A stretch of 64,000 nucleotides of DNA from the human T2T-CHM13v2.0 reference genome, Homo sapiens: the NCBI RefSeq assembly GCF_009914755.1, contig NC_060940.1. One strand, given 5' to 3'. Positions 51,495 to 64,000 of the stretch are shown here, in pieces. Under the pieces are notes generated by a model. It was not told the origin of the DNA. It did not search any database and was given only the letters and a program-made list of their open reading frames with translations. The position numbers and the translations under genes are program-made. The stretch's first letter is position 1. Every line of letters begins with the position of its first letter.

Positions 51495-54400
51495 TCCTTT
51501 AGACAGAGCAGATTTGAAACACTCTTTTTGTGGAATTTGCAAGTGGAGATTTCAAGCGCTTCGATGCCAATGGTAGAAAAGGAAATATCTTCGTATAAAA
51601 ACAAGACAAACTCGTTCCCAGACACTGCGTAGTGATGTGTGTGTTTAACTCACAGAGTTTAACCTTTCCTTTCATACAGCATTCTGGAAACCCTCTGTTT
51701 GTAAAGTCTGCAAGTGGATATTTGGACCTCTTAGATGCCTTCGTTGGAAACGGGATTTCTTCATATAATGCTAGAGGGAAGAATTCTTAGTAACTTCTTT
51801 GTGTTGTGTGTATTCAACTGACAGAGTTGAACCTTCCTTTAGACAGAGCAGATTCGAAACACTCTTTTTCTGCAATTTGCAAGTGGAGACTTCAAGCGCT
51901 TTGAGGCCAAAGGCAGAAAAGGAAATATCTTCGTATAAAAACCCGACAGAATCATTCTCAGAAACTGCTCTGTGATGTGTGCGTTCAACTCACAGAGTTT
52001 AACTTTTCTTTTCATTCAGCAGTTTGGAAACACTCTGTTTGTAAAGTCTGCAAGTGGATATCTTGGCCTCTTAGAGGCCTTCGTTGGAAACGGGTTTTTT
52101 CATGTAAGGTTAGACAGAGGAATTCCCAGTAACTTCCTTGTGTTGTGTGCATTCAACTCACAGAGTTGAATGATTCTTTACACAGAGCAGATTTGAGACA
52201 CTCTTTTGGTGGAATTTGTAAGTGGAGAATTCAGCTGCTTTGAGGTCAACGGTAGAAAAGGAAATATCTTCGTATAAAAACTAGACAGAATGATTCTCAG
52301 AAACTGTTTTGTGATGTGTGCATTCAACTCACAGAGTTTAACCTTTCTTTTCAAAGAGCAGTTAGGAAACACTCTGTTTGTAAAGTCTGCAAGTGGATAT
52401 TCAGACCTCTTTGAGGCCTTCGTTGGAAACGGGATTTCTTCATATTATGCTAGACAGATGAATTCTCAGTAACTTCCTTGTGTTGTGTGTATTCAACTCA
52501 CAGAGTTGAACGATCCTTTACACAGAGCAGATTTGAAACACTGTTTTTCTGGAATTTGCAAGTGGAGATTTCAGCCGCTTTGAGGTCAATGGTAGAAAAA
52601 GAAATATCTTCGTATAAAAACTAGACAGAATGATTCTCAGAAACTCCTTTGTGATGTGTGCGTTCAACTCACAGAGTTTAACCTTTCTTTTCACAGAGCA
52701 GTTAGGAAACACTCTGTTTGTGAAGCCTGCCAGTGGATATTCGGACCTCTTTGAGGCCTTCGTTGGAAACGGGATTTCTTCATATTATGCTAGACAGAAG
52801 ATTTCTCAGTAACTTCTTTGTGTTGTGTGTATGCAACTCACAGAGTTCAACCTTTCTTTAGACAGAGCAGATTTGAAACACTCTTTTTGTGGAATTTGCA
52901 AGTGGAGATTTCAAGCGCTTCGATGCCAATGGTAGAAAAGGAAATATCTTCGTATAAAAACAAGACAAACTCGTTCCCAGACACTGCGTAGTGATGTGTG
53001 TGTTTAACTCACAGAGTTTCACCTTTCTTTTCATACAGCATTCTGGAAACCCTCTGTTTGTAAAGTCTGCAAGTGGATATTTGGACCTCTTAGATGCCTT
53101 CGTTGGAAACGGGATTTCTTCATATAATGCTAGAGGGAAGAATTCTTAGTAACTTCTTTGTGTTGTGTGTATTCAACTGACAGATTTGAACCTTCCTTTA
53201 GACAGAGCAGATTTGAAAGTCTCTTTTTGTGGAATTTGCAAGTGGAGATTTCAAGCGCTTTGAGGCCAAAAGCAGAAAAGGAAATATTTTCCTATAAAAA
53301 CTAGACAGAATCTTTCTCAGAAACTGCTCTGGGATGTGTGCGTTCAACTCACAGAGTTTAACTTTTCTTTTCATTCAGCAGTTTGGAAACACTCTGTTTG
53401 GAAAGTCTGCACGTGGATATTTTGAGCTCTTTGAGGCCTTCGTTGGAAACGGGTTTTTTTAATGTAACGCTAGACAGAAGAAATCTCAGTAACTTCCTTG
53501 TGTTGTGTGTATTCAACTGACAGAGTTGAACCTTCCTTTAGACAGAGCAGATTCGAAACACTCTTTTTCTGCAATTTGCAAGTGGAGACTTCAAGCGCTT
53601 TGAGGCCAAAGGCAGAAAAGGAAATATCTTCGTATAAAAACCCGACAGAATCATTCTCAGAAACTGCTCTGTGATGTGTGCGTTCAACTCACAGAGTTTA
53701 ACTTTTCTTTTCATTCAGCAGTTTGGAAACACTCTGTTTGTAAAGTCTGCAAGTGGATATCTTGGCCTCTTAGAGGCCTTCGTTGGAAACGGGTTTTTTC
53801 ATGTAAGGTTAGACAGAGGAATTCCCAGTAACTTCCTTGTGTTGTGTGCATTCAACTCACAGAGTTGAATGATTCTTTACACAGAGCAGATTTGAGACAC
53901 TCTTTTGGTGGAATTTGTTAGTGGAGAATTCAGCCGCTTTGAGGTCAACGGTAGAAAAGGAAATATCTTCGTATAAAAACTAGACAGAATGATTCTCAGA
54001 AACTGTTTTGTGATGTGTGCGTTCAACTCACAGAGTTTAACCTTTCTTTTCAAAGAGCAGTTAGGAAACACTCTGTTTGTAAAGTCTGCAAGTGGATATT
54101 CAGACCTCTTTGAGGCCTTCGTTGGAAACGGGATTTCTTCATATTATGCTAGACAGATGAATTCTCAGTAACTTCCTTGTGTTGTGTGTATTCAACTCAC
54201 AGAGTTGAACGATCCTTTACACAGAGCAGATTTGAAACACTGTTTTTCTGGAATTTGCAAGTGGAGATTTCAGCCGCTTTGAGGTCAATGGTAGAAAAAG
54301 AAATATCTTCGTATAAAAACTAGACAGAATGATTCTCAGAAACTCCTTTGTGATGTGTGCGTTCAACTCACAGAGTTTAACCTTTCTTTTCACAGAGCAG

Positions 54401-57400
54401 TTAGGAAACACTCTGTTTGTGAAGCCTGCCAGTGGATATTCGGACCTCTTTGAGGCCTTCGTTGGAAACGGGATTTCTTCATATTATGCTAGACAGAAGA
54501 TTTCTCAGTAACTTCTTTGTGTTGTGTGTATGCAACTCACAGAGTTCAACCTTCCTTTAGACAGAGCAGATTTGAAACACTCTTTTTGTGGAATTTGCAA
54601 GTGGAGATTTCAAGCGCTTCGATGCCAATGGTAGAAAAGGAAATATCTTCGTATAAAAACAAGACAAACTCGTTCCCAGACACTGCGTAGTGATGTGTGT
54701 GTTTAACTCACAGAGTTTCACCTTTCTTTTCATACAGCATTCTGGAAACCCTCTGTTTGTAAAGTCTGCAAGTGGATATTTGGACCTCTTAGATGCCTTC
54801 GTTGGAAACGGGATTTCTTCATATAATGCTAGAGGGAAGAATTCTTAGTAACTTCTTTGTGTTGTGTGTATTCAACTGACAGAGTTGAACCTTCCTTTAG
54901 ACAGAGCAGATTTGAAAGTCTCTTTTTGTGGAATTTGCAAGTGGAGATTTCAAGCGCTTTGAGGCCAAAAGCAGAAAAGGAAATATTTTCCTATAAAAAC
55001 TAGACAGAATCTTTCTCAGAAACTGCTCTGGGATGTGTGCGTTCAACTCACAGAGTTTAACTTTTCTTTTCATTCAGCAGTTTGGAAACACTCTGTTTGG
55101 AAAGTCTGCACGTGGATATTTTGACCTCTTTGAGGCCTTCGTTGGAAACGGGTTTTTTTCATGTAACGCTAGACAGAAGAAATCTCAGTAACTTCCTTGT
55201 GTTGTGTGTATTCAACTGACAGAGTTGAACCTTCCTTTAGACAGAGCAGATTCGAAACACTCTTTTTCTGCAATTTGCAAGTGGAGACTTCAAGCGCTTT
55301 GAGGCCAAAGGCAGAAAAGGAAATATCTTCGTATAAAAACCCGACAGAATCATTCTCAGAAACTGCTCTGTGATGTGTGCGTTCAACTCACAGAGTTTAA
55401 CTTTTCTTTTCATTCAGCAGTTTGGAAACACTCTGTTTGTAAAGTCTGCAAGTGGATATCTTGGCCTCTTAGAGGCCTTCGTTGGAAACGGGTTTTTTCA
55501 TGTAAGGTTAGACAGAGGAATTCCCAGTAACTTCCTTGTGTTGTGTGCATTCAACTCACAGAGTTGAATGATTCTTTACACAGAGCAGATTTGAGACACT
55601 CTTTTGGTGGAATTTGTAAGTGGAGAATTCAGCTGCTTTGAGGTCAACGGTAGAAAAGGAAATATCTTCGTATAAAAACTAGACAGAATGATTCTCAGAA
55701 ACTGTTTTGTGATGTGTGCGTTCAACTCACAGAGTTTAACCTTTCTTTTCAAAGAGCAGTTAGGAAACACTCTGTTTGTAAAGTCTGCAAGTGGATATTC
55801 AGACCTCTTTGAGGCCTTCGTTGGAAACGGGATTTCTTCATATTATGCTAGACAGATGAATTCTCAGTAACTTCCTTGTGTTGTGTGTATTCAACTCACA
55901 GATTTGAACGATCCTTTACACAGAGCAGATTTGAAACACTGTTTTTCTGGAATTTGCAAGTGGAGATTTCAGCTGCTTTGAGGTCAATGGTAGAAAAGGA
56001 AATATCTTCGTATAAAAACTAGACAGAATGATTCTCAGAAACTCCTTTGTGATGTGTGCGTTCAACTCACAGAGTTTAACCTTTCTTTTCACAGAGCAGT
56101 TAGGAAACACTCTGTTTGTGAAGCCTGCCAGTGGATATTCGGACCTCTTTGAGGCCTTCGTTGGAAACGGGATTTCTTCATATTATGCTAGACAGAAGAT
56201 TTCTCAGTAACTTCTTTGTGTTGTGTGTATGCAACTCACAGAGTTCAACCTTCCTTTAGACAGAGCAGATTTGAAACACTCTTTTTGTGGAATTTGCAAG
56301 TGGATATTTCAAGCGCTTTGAGGCCAAAAGCAGAAAAGGAAATATTTTCCTATAAAAACTAGACAGAATCTTTCTCAGAAACTGCTCTGTGATGTGTGCG
56401 TTCAACTCACAGAGTTTAACTTTTCTTTTCATTCAGCAGATTGGAAACACTCTGTTTGTAAAGTCTGCAAGTGGATATCTTGGCCTCTTAGAGGCCTTCG
56501 TTGGAAACGGGTTTTTTCATGTAAGGATAGACAGAGGAATTCCCAGTAACTTCCTTGTGTTGTGTGCATTCAACTCACAGAGTTGAATGATTCTTTACAC
56601 AGAGCAGATTTGAGACACTCTTTTGGTGGAATTTGTAAGTGGAGAATTCAGCCGCTTTGAGGTCAACGGTAGAAAAGGAAATATCTTCGTATAAAAACTA
56701 GACAGAATGATTCTCAGAAACTGTTTTGTGATGTGTGCGTTCAACTCACAGAGTTTAACCTTTCTTTTCAAAGAGCAGTTAGGAAACACTCTGTTTGTAA
56801 AGTCTGCAAGTGGATATTCAGACCTCTTTGAGGCCTTCGTTGGAAACGGGATTTCTTCATATTATGCTAGACAGATGAATTCTCAGTAACTTCCTTGTGT
56901 TGTGTGTATTCAACTCACAGAGTTAAACGATCCTTTACACAGAGCAGATTTGAAACACTGTTTTTCTGGAATTTGCAAGTGGAGATTTCAGCCGCTTTGA
57001 GGTCAATGGTAGAAAAGGAAATATCTTCGTATAAAAACTAGACAGAATGATTCTCAGAAACTCCTTTGTGATGTGTGCGTTCAACTCACAGAGTTTAACC
57101 TTTCTTTTCACAGAGCAGTTAGGAAACACTCTGTGAAGCCTGCCAGTGGATATTCGGACCTCTTTGAGGCCTTCGTTGGAAACGGGATTTCTTCATATTA
57201 TGCTAGACAGAAGATTTCTCAGTAACTTCTTTGTGTTGTGTGTATGCAACTCACAGAGTTCAACCTTCCTTTAGACAGAGCAGATTTGAAACACTCTTTT
57301 TGTGGAATTTGCAAGTGGAGATTTCAAGCGCTTCGATGCCAATGGTAGAAAAGGAAATATCTTCGTATAAAAACAAGACAAACTCGTTCCCAGACACTGC

Positions 57401-60400
57401 GTAGTGATGTGTGTGTTTAACTCACAGAGTTTAACCTTTCTTTTCATACAGCATTCTGGAAACCCTCTGTTTGTAAAGTCTGCAAGTGGATATTTGGACC
57501 TCTTAGATGCCTTCGTTGGAAACGGGATTTCTTCATATAATGCTAGAGGGAAGAATTCTTAGTAACTTCTTTGTGTTGTGTGTATTCAACTGACAGAGTT
57601 GAACCTTCCTTTAGACAGAGCAGATTCGAAACACTCTTTTTCTGCAATTTGCAAGTGGAGACTTCAAGCGCTTTGAGGCCAAAGGCAGAAAAGGAAATAT
57701 CTTCGTATAAAAACCCGACAGAATCATTCTCAGAAACTGCTCTGTGATGTGTGCGTTCAACTCACAGAGTTTTACTTTTCTTTTCATTCAGGAGTTTGGA
57801 AACACTCTGTTTGTAAAGTCTGCAAGTGGATATCTTGGCCTCTTAGAGGCCTTCATTGGAAACGGGTTTTTTCATGTAAGGTTAGACAGAGGAATTCCCA
57901 GTAACTTCCTTGTATTGTGTGCATTCAACTCACAGAGTTGAATGATTCTTTACACAGAGCAGATTTGAGACACTCTTTTGGTGGAATTTGTAAGTGGAGA
58001 ATTCAGCTGCTTTGAGGTCAATGGTAGAAAAGGAAATATCTTCGTATAAAAACTAGACAGAATGATTCTCAGAAACTGTTTTGTGATGTGTGCGTTCAAC
58101 TCACAGAGTTTAACCTTTCTTTTCAAAGAGCAGTTAGGAAACACTCTGTTTGTAAAGTCTGCAAGTGGATATTCAGACCTCTTTGAGGCCTTCGTTGGAA
58201 ACGGGATTTCTTCATATTATGCTAGACAGATGAATTCTCAGTAACTTCCTTGTGTTGTGTGTATTCAACTCACAGAGTTGAACGATCCTTTACACAGAGC
58301 AGATTTGAAACACTGTTTTTCTGGAATTTGCAAGTGGAGATTTCAGCCGCTTTGTGGTCAATGGTAGAAAAAGAAATATCTTCATATAAAAACTAGACAG
58401 AATGATTCTCAGAAACTCCTTTGTGATGTGTGCGTTCAACTCACAGAGTTTAACCTTTCTTTTCACAGAGCAGTTAGGAAACACTCTGTTTGTGAAGCCT
58501 GCCAGTGGATATTCGGACCTCTTTGAGGCCTTCATTGGAAACGGGATTTCTTCATATTATGCTAGACAGAAGATTTCTCAGTAACTTCTTTGTGTTGTGT
58601 GTATGCAACTCACAGAGTTCAACCTTCCTTTAGACAGAGCAGATTTGAAACACTCTTTTTGTGGAATTTGCAAGTGGAGATTTCAAGCGCTTCGATGCCA
58701 ATGGTAGAAAAGGAAATATCTTCGTATAAAAACAAGACAAACTCGTTCCCAGACACTGCGTAGTGATGTGTGTGTTTAACTCACAGAGTTTCACCTTTCT
58801 TTTCATACAGCATTCTGGAAACCCTCTGTTTGTAAAGTCTGCAAGTGGATATTTGGACCTCTTAGATGCCTTCGTTGGAAACGGGATTTCTTCATATAAT
58901 GCTAGAGGGAAGAATTCTTAGTAACTTCTTTGTGTTGTGTGTATTCAACTGACAGAGTTGAACCTTCCTTTAGACAGAGCAGATTTGAAAGTCTCTTTTT
59001 GTGGAATTTGCAAGTGGAGATTTCAAGCGCTTTGAGGCCAAAAGCAGAAAAGGAAATATTTTCCTATAAAAACTAGACAGAATCTTTCTCAGAAACTGCT
59101 CTGGGATGTGTGCGTTCAACTCACAGAGTTTAACTTTTCTTTTCATTCAGCAGTTTGGAAACACTCTGTTTGGAAAGTCTGCACGTGGATATTTTGACCT
59201 CTTTGAGGCCTACATTGGAAACGGGTTTTTTTCATGTAACGCTAGACAGAAGAAATCTCAGTAACTTCCTTGTGTTGTGTGTATTCAACTGACAGAGTTG
59301 AACCTTCCTTTAGACAGAGCAGATTCGAAACACTCTTTTTCTGCAATTTGCAAGTGGAGACTTCAAGCGCTTTGAGGCCAAAGGCAGAAAAGGAAATATC
59401 TTCGTATAAAAACCCGACAGAATCATTCTCAGAAACTGCTCTGTGATGTGTGCGTTCAACTCACAGAGTTTAACTTTTCTTTTCATTCAGCAGTTTGGAA
59501 ACACTCTGTTTGTAAAGTCTGCAAGTGGATATCTTGGCCTCTTAGAGGCCTTCGTTGGAAACGGGTTTTTTCATGTAAGGTTAGACAGAGGAATTCCCAG
59601 TAACTTCCTTGTGTTGTGTGCATTCAACTCACAGAGTTGAATGATTCTTTACACAGAGCAGATTTGAGACACTCTTTTGGTGGAATTTGTAAGTGGAGAA
59701 TTCAGCTGCTTTGAGGTCAACGGTAGAAAAGGAAATATCTTCGTATAAAAACTAGACAGAATGATTCTCAGAAACTGTTTTGTGATGTGTGCGTTCAACT
59801 CACAGAGTTTAACCTTTCTTTTCAAAGAGCAGTTAGGAAACACTCTGTTTGTAAAGTCTGCAAGTGGATATTCAGACCTCTTTGAGGCCTTCGTTGGAAA
59901 CGGGATTTCTTCATATTATGCTAGACAGATGAATTCTCAGTAACTTCCTTGTGTTGTGTGTATTCAACTCACAGAGTTGAACGATCCTTTACACAGAGCA
60001 GATTTGAAACACTGTTTTTCTGGAATTTGCAAGTGGAGATTTCAGCTGCTTTGAGGTCAATGGTAGAAAAGGAAATATCTTCGTATAAAAACTAGACAGA
60101 ATGATTCTCAGAAACTCCTTTGTGATGTGTGCGTTCAACTCACAGAGTTTAACCTTTCTTTTCACAGAGCAGTTAGGAAACACTCTGTTTGTGAAGCCTG
60201 CCAGTGGATATTCGGACCTCTTTGAGGCCTTCGTTGGAAACGGGATTTCTTCATATTATGCTAGACAGAAGATTTCTCAGTAACTTCTTTGTGTTGTGTG
60301 TATGCAATTCACAGAGTTCAACCTTCCTTTAGACAGAGCAGATTTGAAACACTCTTTTTGTGGAATTTGCAAGTGGAGATTTCAAGCTCTTTGAGGCCAA

Positions 60401-63400
60401 AAGCAGAAAAGGAAATATTTTCCTATAAAAACTAGACAGAATCTTTCTCAGAAACTGCTCTGTGATGTGTGCGTTCAACTCACAGAGTTTAACTTTTCTT
60501 TTCATTCAGCAGTTTGGAAACACTCTGTTTGTAAAGTCTGCAAGTGGATATCTTGGCCTCTTAGAGGCCTTCGTTGGAAACGGGTTTTTTCATGTAAGGA
60601 TAGACAGAGGAATTCCCAGTAACTTCCTTGTGTTGTGTGCATTCAACTCACAGAGTTGAATGATTCTTTACACAGAGCAGATTTGAGACACTCTTTTGGT
60701 GGAATTTGTAAGTGGAGAATTCAGCCGCTTTGAGGTCAACGGTAGAAAAGGAAATATCTTCGTATAAAAACTAGACAGAATGATTCTCAGAAACTGTTTT
60801 GTGATGTGTGCGTTCAACTCACAGAGTTTAACCTTTCTTTTCAAAGAGCAGTTAGGAAACACTCTGTTTGTAAAGTCTGCAAGTGGATATTCAGACCTCT
60901 TTGAGGCCTTCGTTGGAAACGGGATTTCTTCATATTATGCTAGACAGATGAATTCTCAGTAACTTCCTTGTGTTGTGTGTATTCAACTCACAGAGTTAAA
61001 CGATCCTCTACACAGAGCAGATTTGAAACACTGTTTTTCTGGAATTTGCAAGTGGAGATTTCAGCCGCTTTGAGGTCAATGGTAGAAAAGGAAATATCTT
61101 CGTATAAAAACTAGACAGAATGATTCTCAGAAACTCCTTTGTGATGTGTGCGTTCAACTCACAGAGTTTAACCTTTCTTTTCACAGAGCAGTTAGGAAAC
61201 ACTCTGTTTGTGAAGCCTGCCAGTGGATATTCGGACCTCTTTGAGGCCTTCGTTGGAAACGGGATTTCTTCATATTATGCTAGACAGAAGATTTCTCAGT
61301 AACTTCTTTGTGTTGTGTGTATGCAACTCACAGAGTTCAACCTTCCTTTAGACAGAGCAGATTTGAAACACTCTTTTTGTGGAATTTGCAAGTGGAGATT
61401 TCAAGCGCTTCGATGCCAATGGTAGAAAAGGAAATATCTTCGTATAAAAACAAGACAAACTCGTTCCCAGACACTGCGTAGTGATGTGTGTGTTTAACTC
61501 ACAGAGTTTAACCTTTCCTTTCATACAGCATTCTGGAAACCCTCTGTTTGTAAAGTCTGCAAGTGGATATTTGGACCTCTTAGATGCCTTCGTTGGAAAC
61601 GGGATTTCTTCATATAATGCTAGAGGGAAGAATTCTTAGTAACTTCTTTGTGTTGTGTGTATTCAACTGACAGAGTTGAACCTTCCTTTAGACAGAGCAG
61701 ATTCGAAACACTCTTTTTCTGCAATTTGCAAGTGGAGACTTCAAGCGCTTTGAGGCCAAAGGCAGAAAAGGAAATATCTTCGTATAAAAACCCGACAGAA
61801 TCATTCTCAGAAACTGCTCTGTGATGTGTGCGTTCAACTCACAGAGTTTAACTTTTCTTTTCATTCAGCAGTTTGGAAACACTCTGTTTGTAAAGTCTGC
61901 AAGTGGATATCTTGGCCTCTTAGAGGCCTTCGTTGGAAACGGGTTTTTTCATGTAAGGTTAGACAGAGGAATTCCCAGTAACTTCCTTGTGTTGTGTGCA
62001 TTCAACTCACAGAGTTGAATGATTCTTTACACAGAGCAGATTTGAGACACTCTTTTGGTGGAATTTGTAAGTGGAGAATTCAGCTGCTTTGAGGTCAACG
62101 GTAGAAAAGGAAATATCTTCGTATAAAAACTAGACAGAATGATTCTCAGAAACTGTTTTGTGATGTGTGCATTCAACTCACAGAGTTTAACCTTTCTTTT
62201 CAAAGAGCAGTTAGGAAACACTCTGTTTGTAAAGTCTGCAAGTGGATATTCAGACCTCTTTGAGGCCTTCGTTGGAAACGGGATTTCTTCATATTATGCT
62301 AGACAGATGAATTCTCAGTAACTTCCTTGTGTTGTGTGTATTCAACTCACAGAGTTGAACGATCCTTTACACAGAGCAGATTTGAAACACTGTTTTTCTG
62401 GAATTTGCAAGTGGAGATTTCAGCCGCTTTGAGGTCAATGGTAGAAAAAGAAATATCTTCGTATAAAAACTAGACAGAATGATTCTCAGAAACTCCTTTG
62501 TGATGTGTGCGTTCAACTCACAGAGTTTAACCTTTCTTTTCACAGAGCAGTTAGGAAACACTCTGTTTGTGAAGCCTGCCAGTGGATATTCGGACCTCTT
62601 TGAGGCCTTCGTTGGAAACGGGATTTCTTCATATTATGCTAGACAGAAGATTTCTCAGTAACTTCTTTGTGTTGTGTGTATGCAACTCACAGAGTTCAAC
62701 CTTTCTTTAGACAGAGCAGATTTGAAACACTCTTTTTGTGGAATTTGCAAGTGGAGATTTCAAGCGCTTCGATGCCAATGGTAGAAAAGGAAATATCTTC
62801 GTATAAAAACAAGACAAACTCGTTCCCAGACACTGCGTAGTGATGTGTGTGTTTAACTCACAGAGTTTCACCTTTCTTTTCATACAGCATTCTGGAAACC
62901 CTCTGTTTGTAAAGTCTGCAAGTGGATATTTGGACCTCTTAGATGCCTTCGTTGGAAACGGGATTTCTTCATATAATGCTAGAGGGAAGAATTCTTAGTA
63001 ACTTCTTTGTGTTGTGTGTATTCAACTGACAGAGTTGAACCTTCCTTTAGACAGAGCAGATTTGAAAGTCTCTTTTTGTGGAATTTGCAAGTGGAGATTT
63101 CAAGCGCTTTGAGGCCAAAAGCAGAAAAGGAAATATTTTCCTATAAAAACTAGACAGAATCTTTCTCAGAAACTGCTCTGGGATGTGTGCGTTCAACTCA
63201 CAGAGTTTAACTTTTCTTTTCATTCAGCAGTTTGGAAACACTCTGTTTGGAAAGTCTGCACGTGGATATTTTGAGCTCTTTGAGGCCTTCGTTGGAAACG
63301 GGTTTTTTTAATGTAACGCTAGACAGAAGAAATCTCAGTAACTTCCTTGTGTTGTGTGTATTCAACTGACAGAGTTGAACCTTCCTTTAGACAGAGCAGA

Positions 63401-64000
63401 TTCGAAACACTCTTTTTCTGCAATTTGCAAGTGGAGACTTCAAGCGCTTTGAGGCCAAAGGCAGAAAAGGAAATATCTTCGTATAAAAACCCGACAGAAT
63501 CATTCTCAGAAACTGCTCTGTGATGTGTGCGTTCAACTCACGGAGTTTAACTTTTCTTTTCATTCAGCAGTTTGGAAACACTCTGTTTGTAAAGTCTGCA
63601 AGTGGATATCTTGGCCTCTTAGAGGCCTTCGTTGGAAACGGGTTTTTTCATGTAAGGTTAGACAGAGGAATTCCCAGTAACTTCCTTGTATTGTGTGCAT
63701 TCAACTCACAGAGTTGAATGATTCTTTACACAGAGCAGATTTGAGACACTCTTTTGGTGGAATTTGTAAGTGGAGAATTCAGCTGCTTTGAGGTCAACGG
63801 TAGAAAAGGAAATATCTTCGTATAAAAACTAGACAGAATGATTCTCAGAAACTGTTTTGTGATGTGTGCGTTCAACTCACAGAGTTTAACCTTTCTTTTC
63901 AAAGAGCAGTTAGGAAACACTCTGTTTGTAAAGTCTGCAAGTGGATATTCAGACCTCTTTGAGGCCTTCGTTGGAAACGGGATTTCTTCATATTATGCTA

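Larger units (their letters stand above)
1..64000 (+). repeat. Alpha-satellite (alphoid) centromeric HOR array, dimeric SF1 type; probably human chr16 D16Z2 (S1C16H1L)
   Basis: Continuous tandem monomers matching the alphoid consensus (ATTCTCAGAAACT..TTGTGATGTGTGCGTTCAACTCACAGAGTTTAACCTTTCTTTT). The dimer period is 340 bp (CENP-B boxes at 117 and 457) and the longest HOR is 1699 bp. Alpha-satellite identity is certain. The chr16 assignment (about 0.7) rests on D16Z2 being the SF1 array with a ~1.7-kb 10-mer. Unit starts (anchor GTGATG of dimer A) with size in monomers: 1030:6, 2049:10, 3748:10, 5447:6, 6466:8, 7821:10, 9520:6, 10539:10, 12234:6, 13253:10, 14952:6, 15971:6, 16990:8, 18345:8, 19704:8, 21063:10, 22762:6, 23781:10, 25476:6, 26495:6, 27514:10, 29213:6, 30232:6, 31251:10, 32950:6, 33969:6, 34988:10, 36687:6, 37706:8, 39061:8, 40420:6, 41439:8, 42798:6, 43817:8, 45176:10, 46875:6, 47895:10, 49594:6, 50613:8, 51972:10, 53671:10, 55370:6, 56389:8, 57744:10, 59443:6, 60462:8, 61821:10, 63520:partial. 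Confidence 0.98.

Noticed and set aside
1030-63920. The many 60-90 aa ORFs (MMCAFNSQ.., MILRN.., MFPNCS..) on both strands
   Set aside because: They are chance open frames in the satellite monomer that recur with the HOR period. They overlap on opposite strands, are freely broken by stops and frameshifts (5561, ~13325, 4-bp deletion), and resemble no protein family I recognise. I used them only as position markers.
117-64000. Regularly spaced conserved 17-bp motif resembling a CRISPR-like repeat/spacer array
   Set aside because: The intervening sequences are themselves ~323-bp homologous repeats, not unique spacers. The motif is the CENP-B box and there are no cas genes.
1-64000. L1/Alu/ERV insertion, inversion, or monomeric/diverged satellite boundary
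   Set aside because: Unit lengths (20 6-mers, 11 8-mers, 16 10-mers, six 4-bp deletions, one 1-bp insertion) sum exactly to 62,490 bp between 1030 and 63520, leaving no room for foreign DNA. Orientation is constant.
1-64000. Assignment to other SF1 arrays (D10Z1, D12Z3, D7Z1, D1Z7/D5Z2/D19Z3)
   Set aside because: Their canonical HORs are 8-, 6- or 2-mers, whereas here ten distinct monomers form the full unit and the 6-/8-mers end in hybrid monomers. They are not formally excluded without an HMM or BLAST search.

Overview
The whole 64 kb is one uninterrupted, single-orientation primate (human-type) centromeric alpha-satellite array. It has ~171-bp monomers arranged as 340-bp dimers (169+171 bp), with a CENP-B box in every second monomer, as in suprachromosomal family 1. 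Five dimer types (A-E, my labels) form a 1699-bp 10-mer higher-order repeat (HOR), which best fits the chromosome 16 array D16Z2/S1C16H1L (inferred, not searched). Between 1030 and 63519 there are 47 complete units: 16 10-mers, 20 6-mers (1019 bp) and 11 8-mers (1359 bp, two different junctions). I found no genes, transposon insertions or inversions, and every ORF in the supplied track is a repeat artefact. I do not see a new protein- or RNA-coding system. The notable signal is array architecture: a double-junction 6-mer linked to its own SNP haplotype (possible nascent 16-/14-mer super-HOR), two independently derived 8-mers, nested tandem and long-range duplications, and lineage-specific CENP-B box loss. 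All comparisons were made by eye from marker variants, not by alignment.
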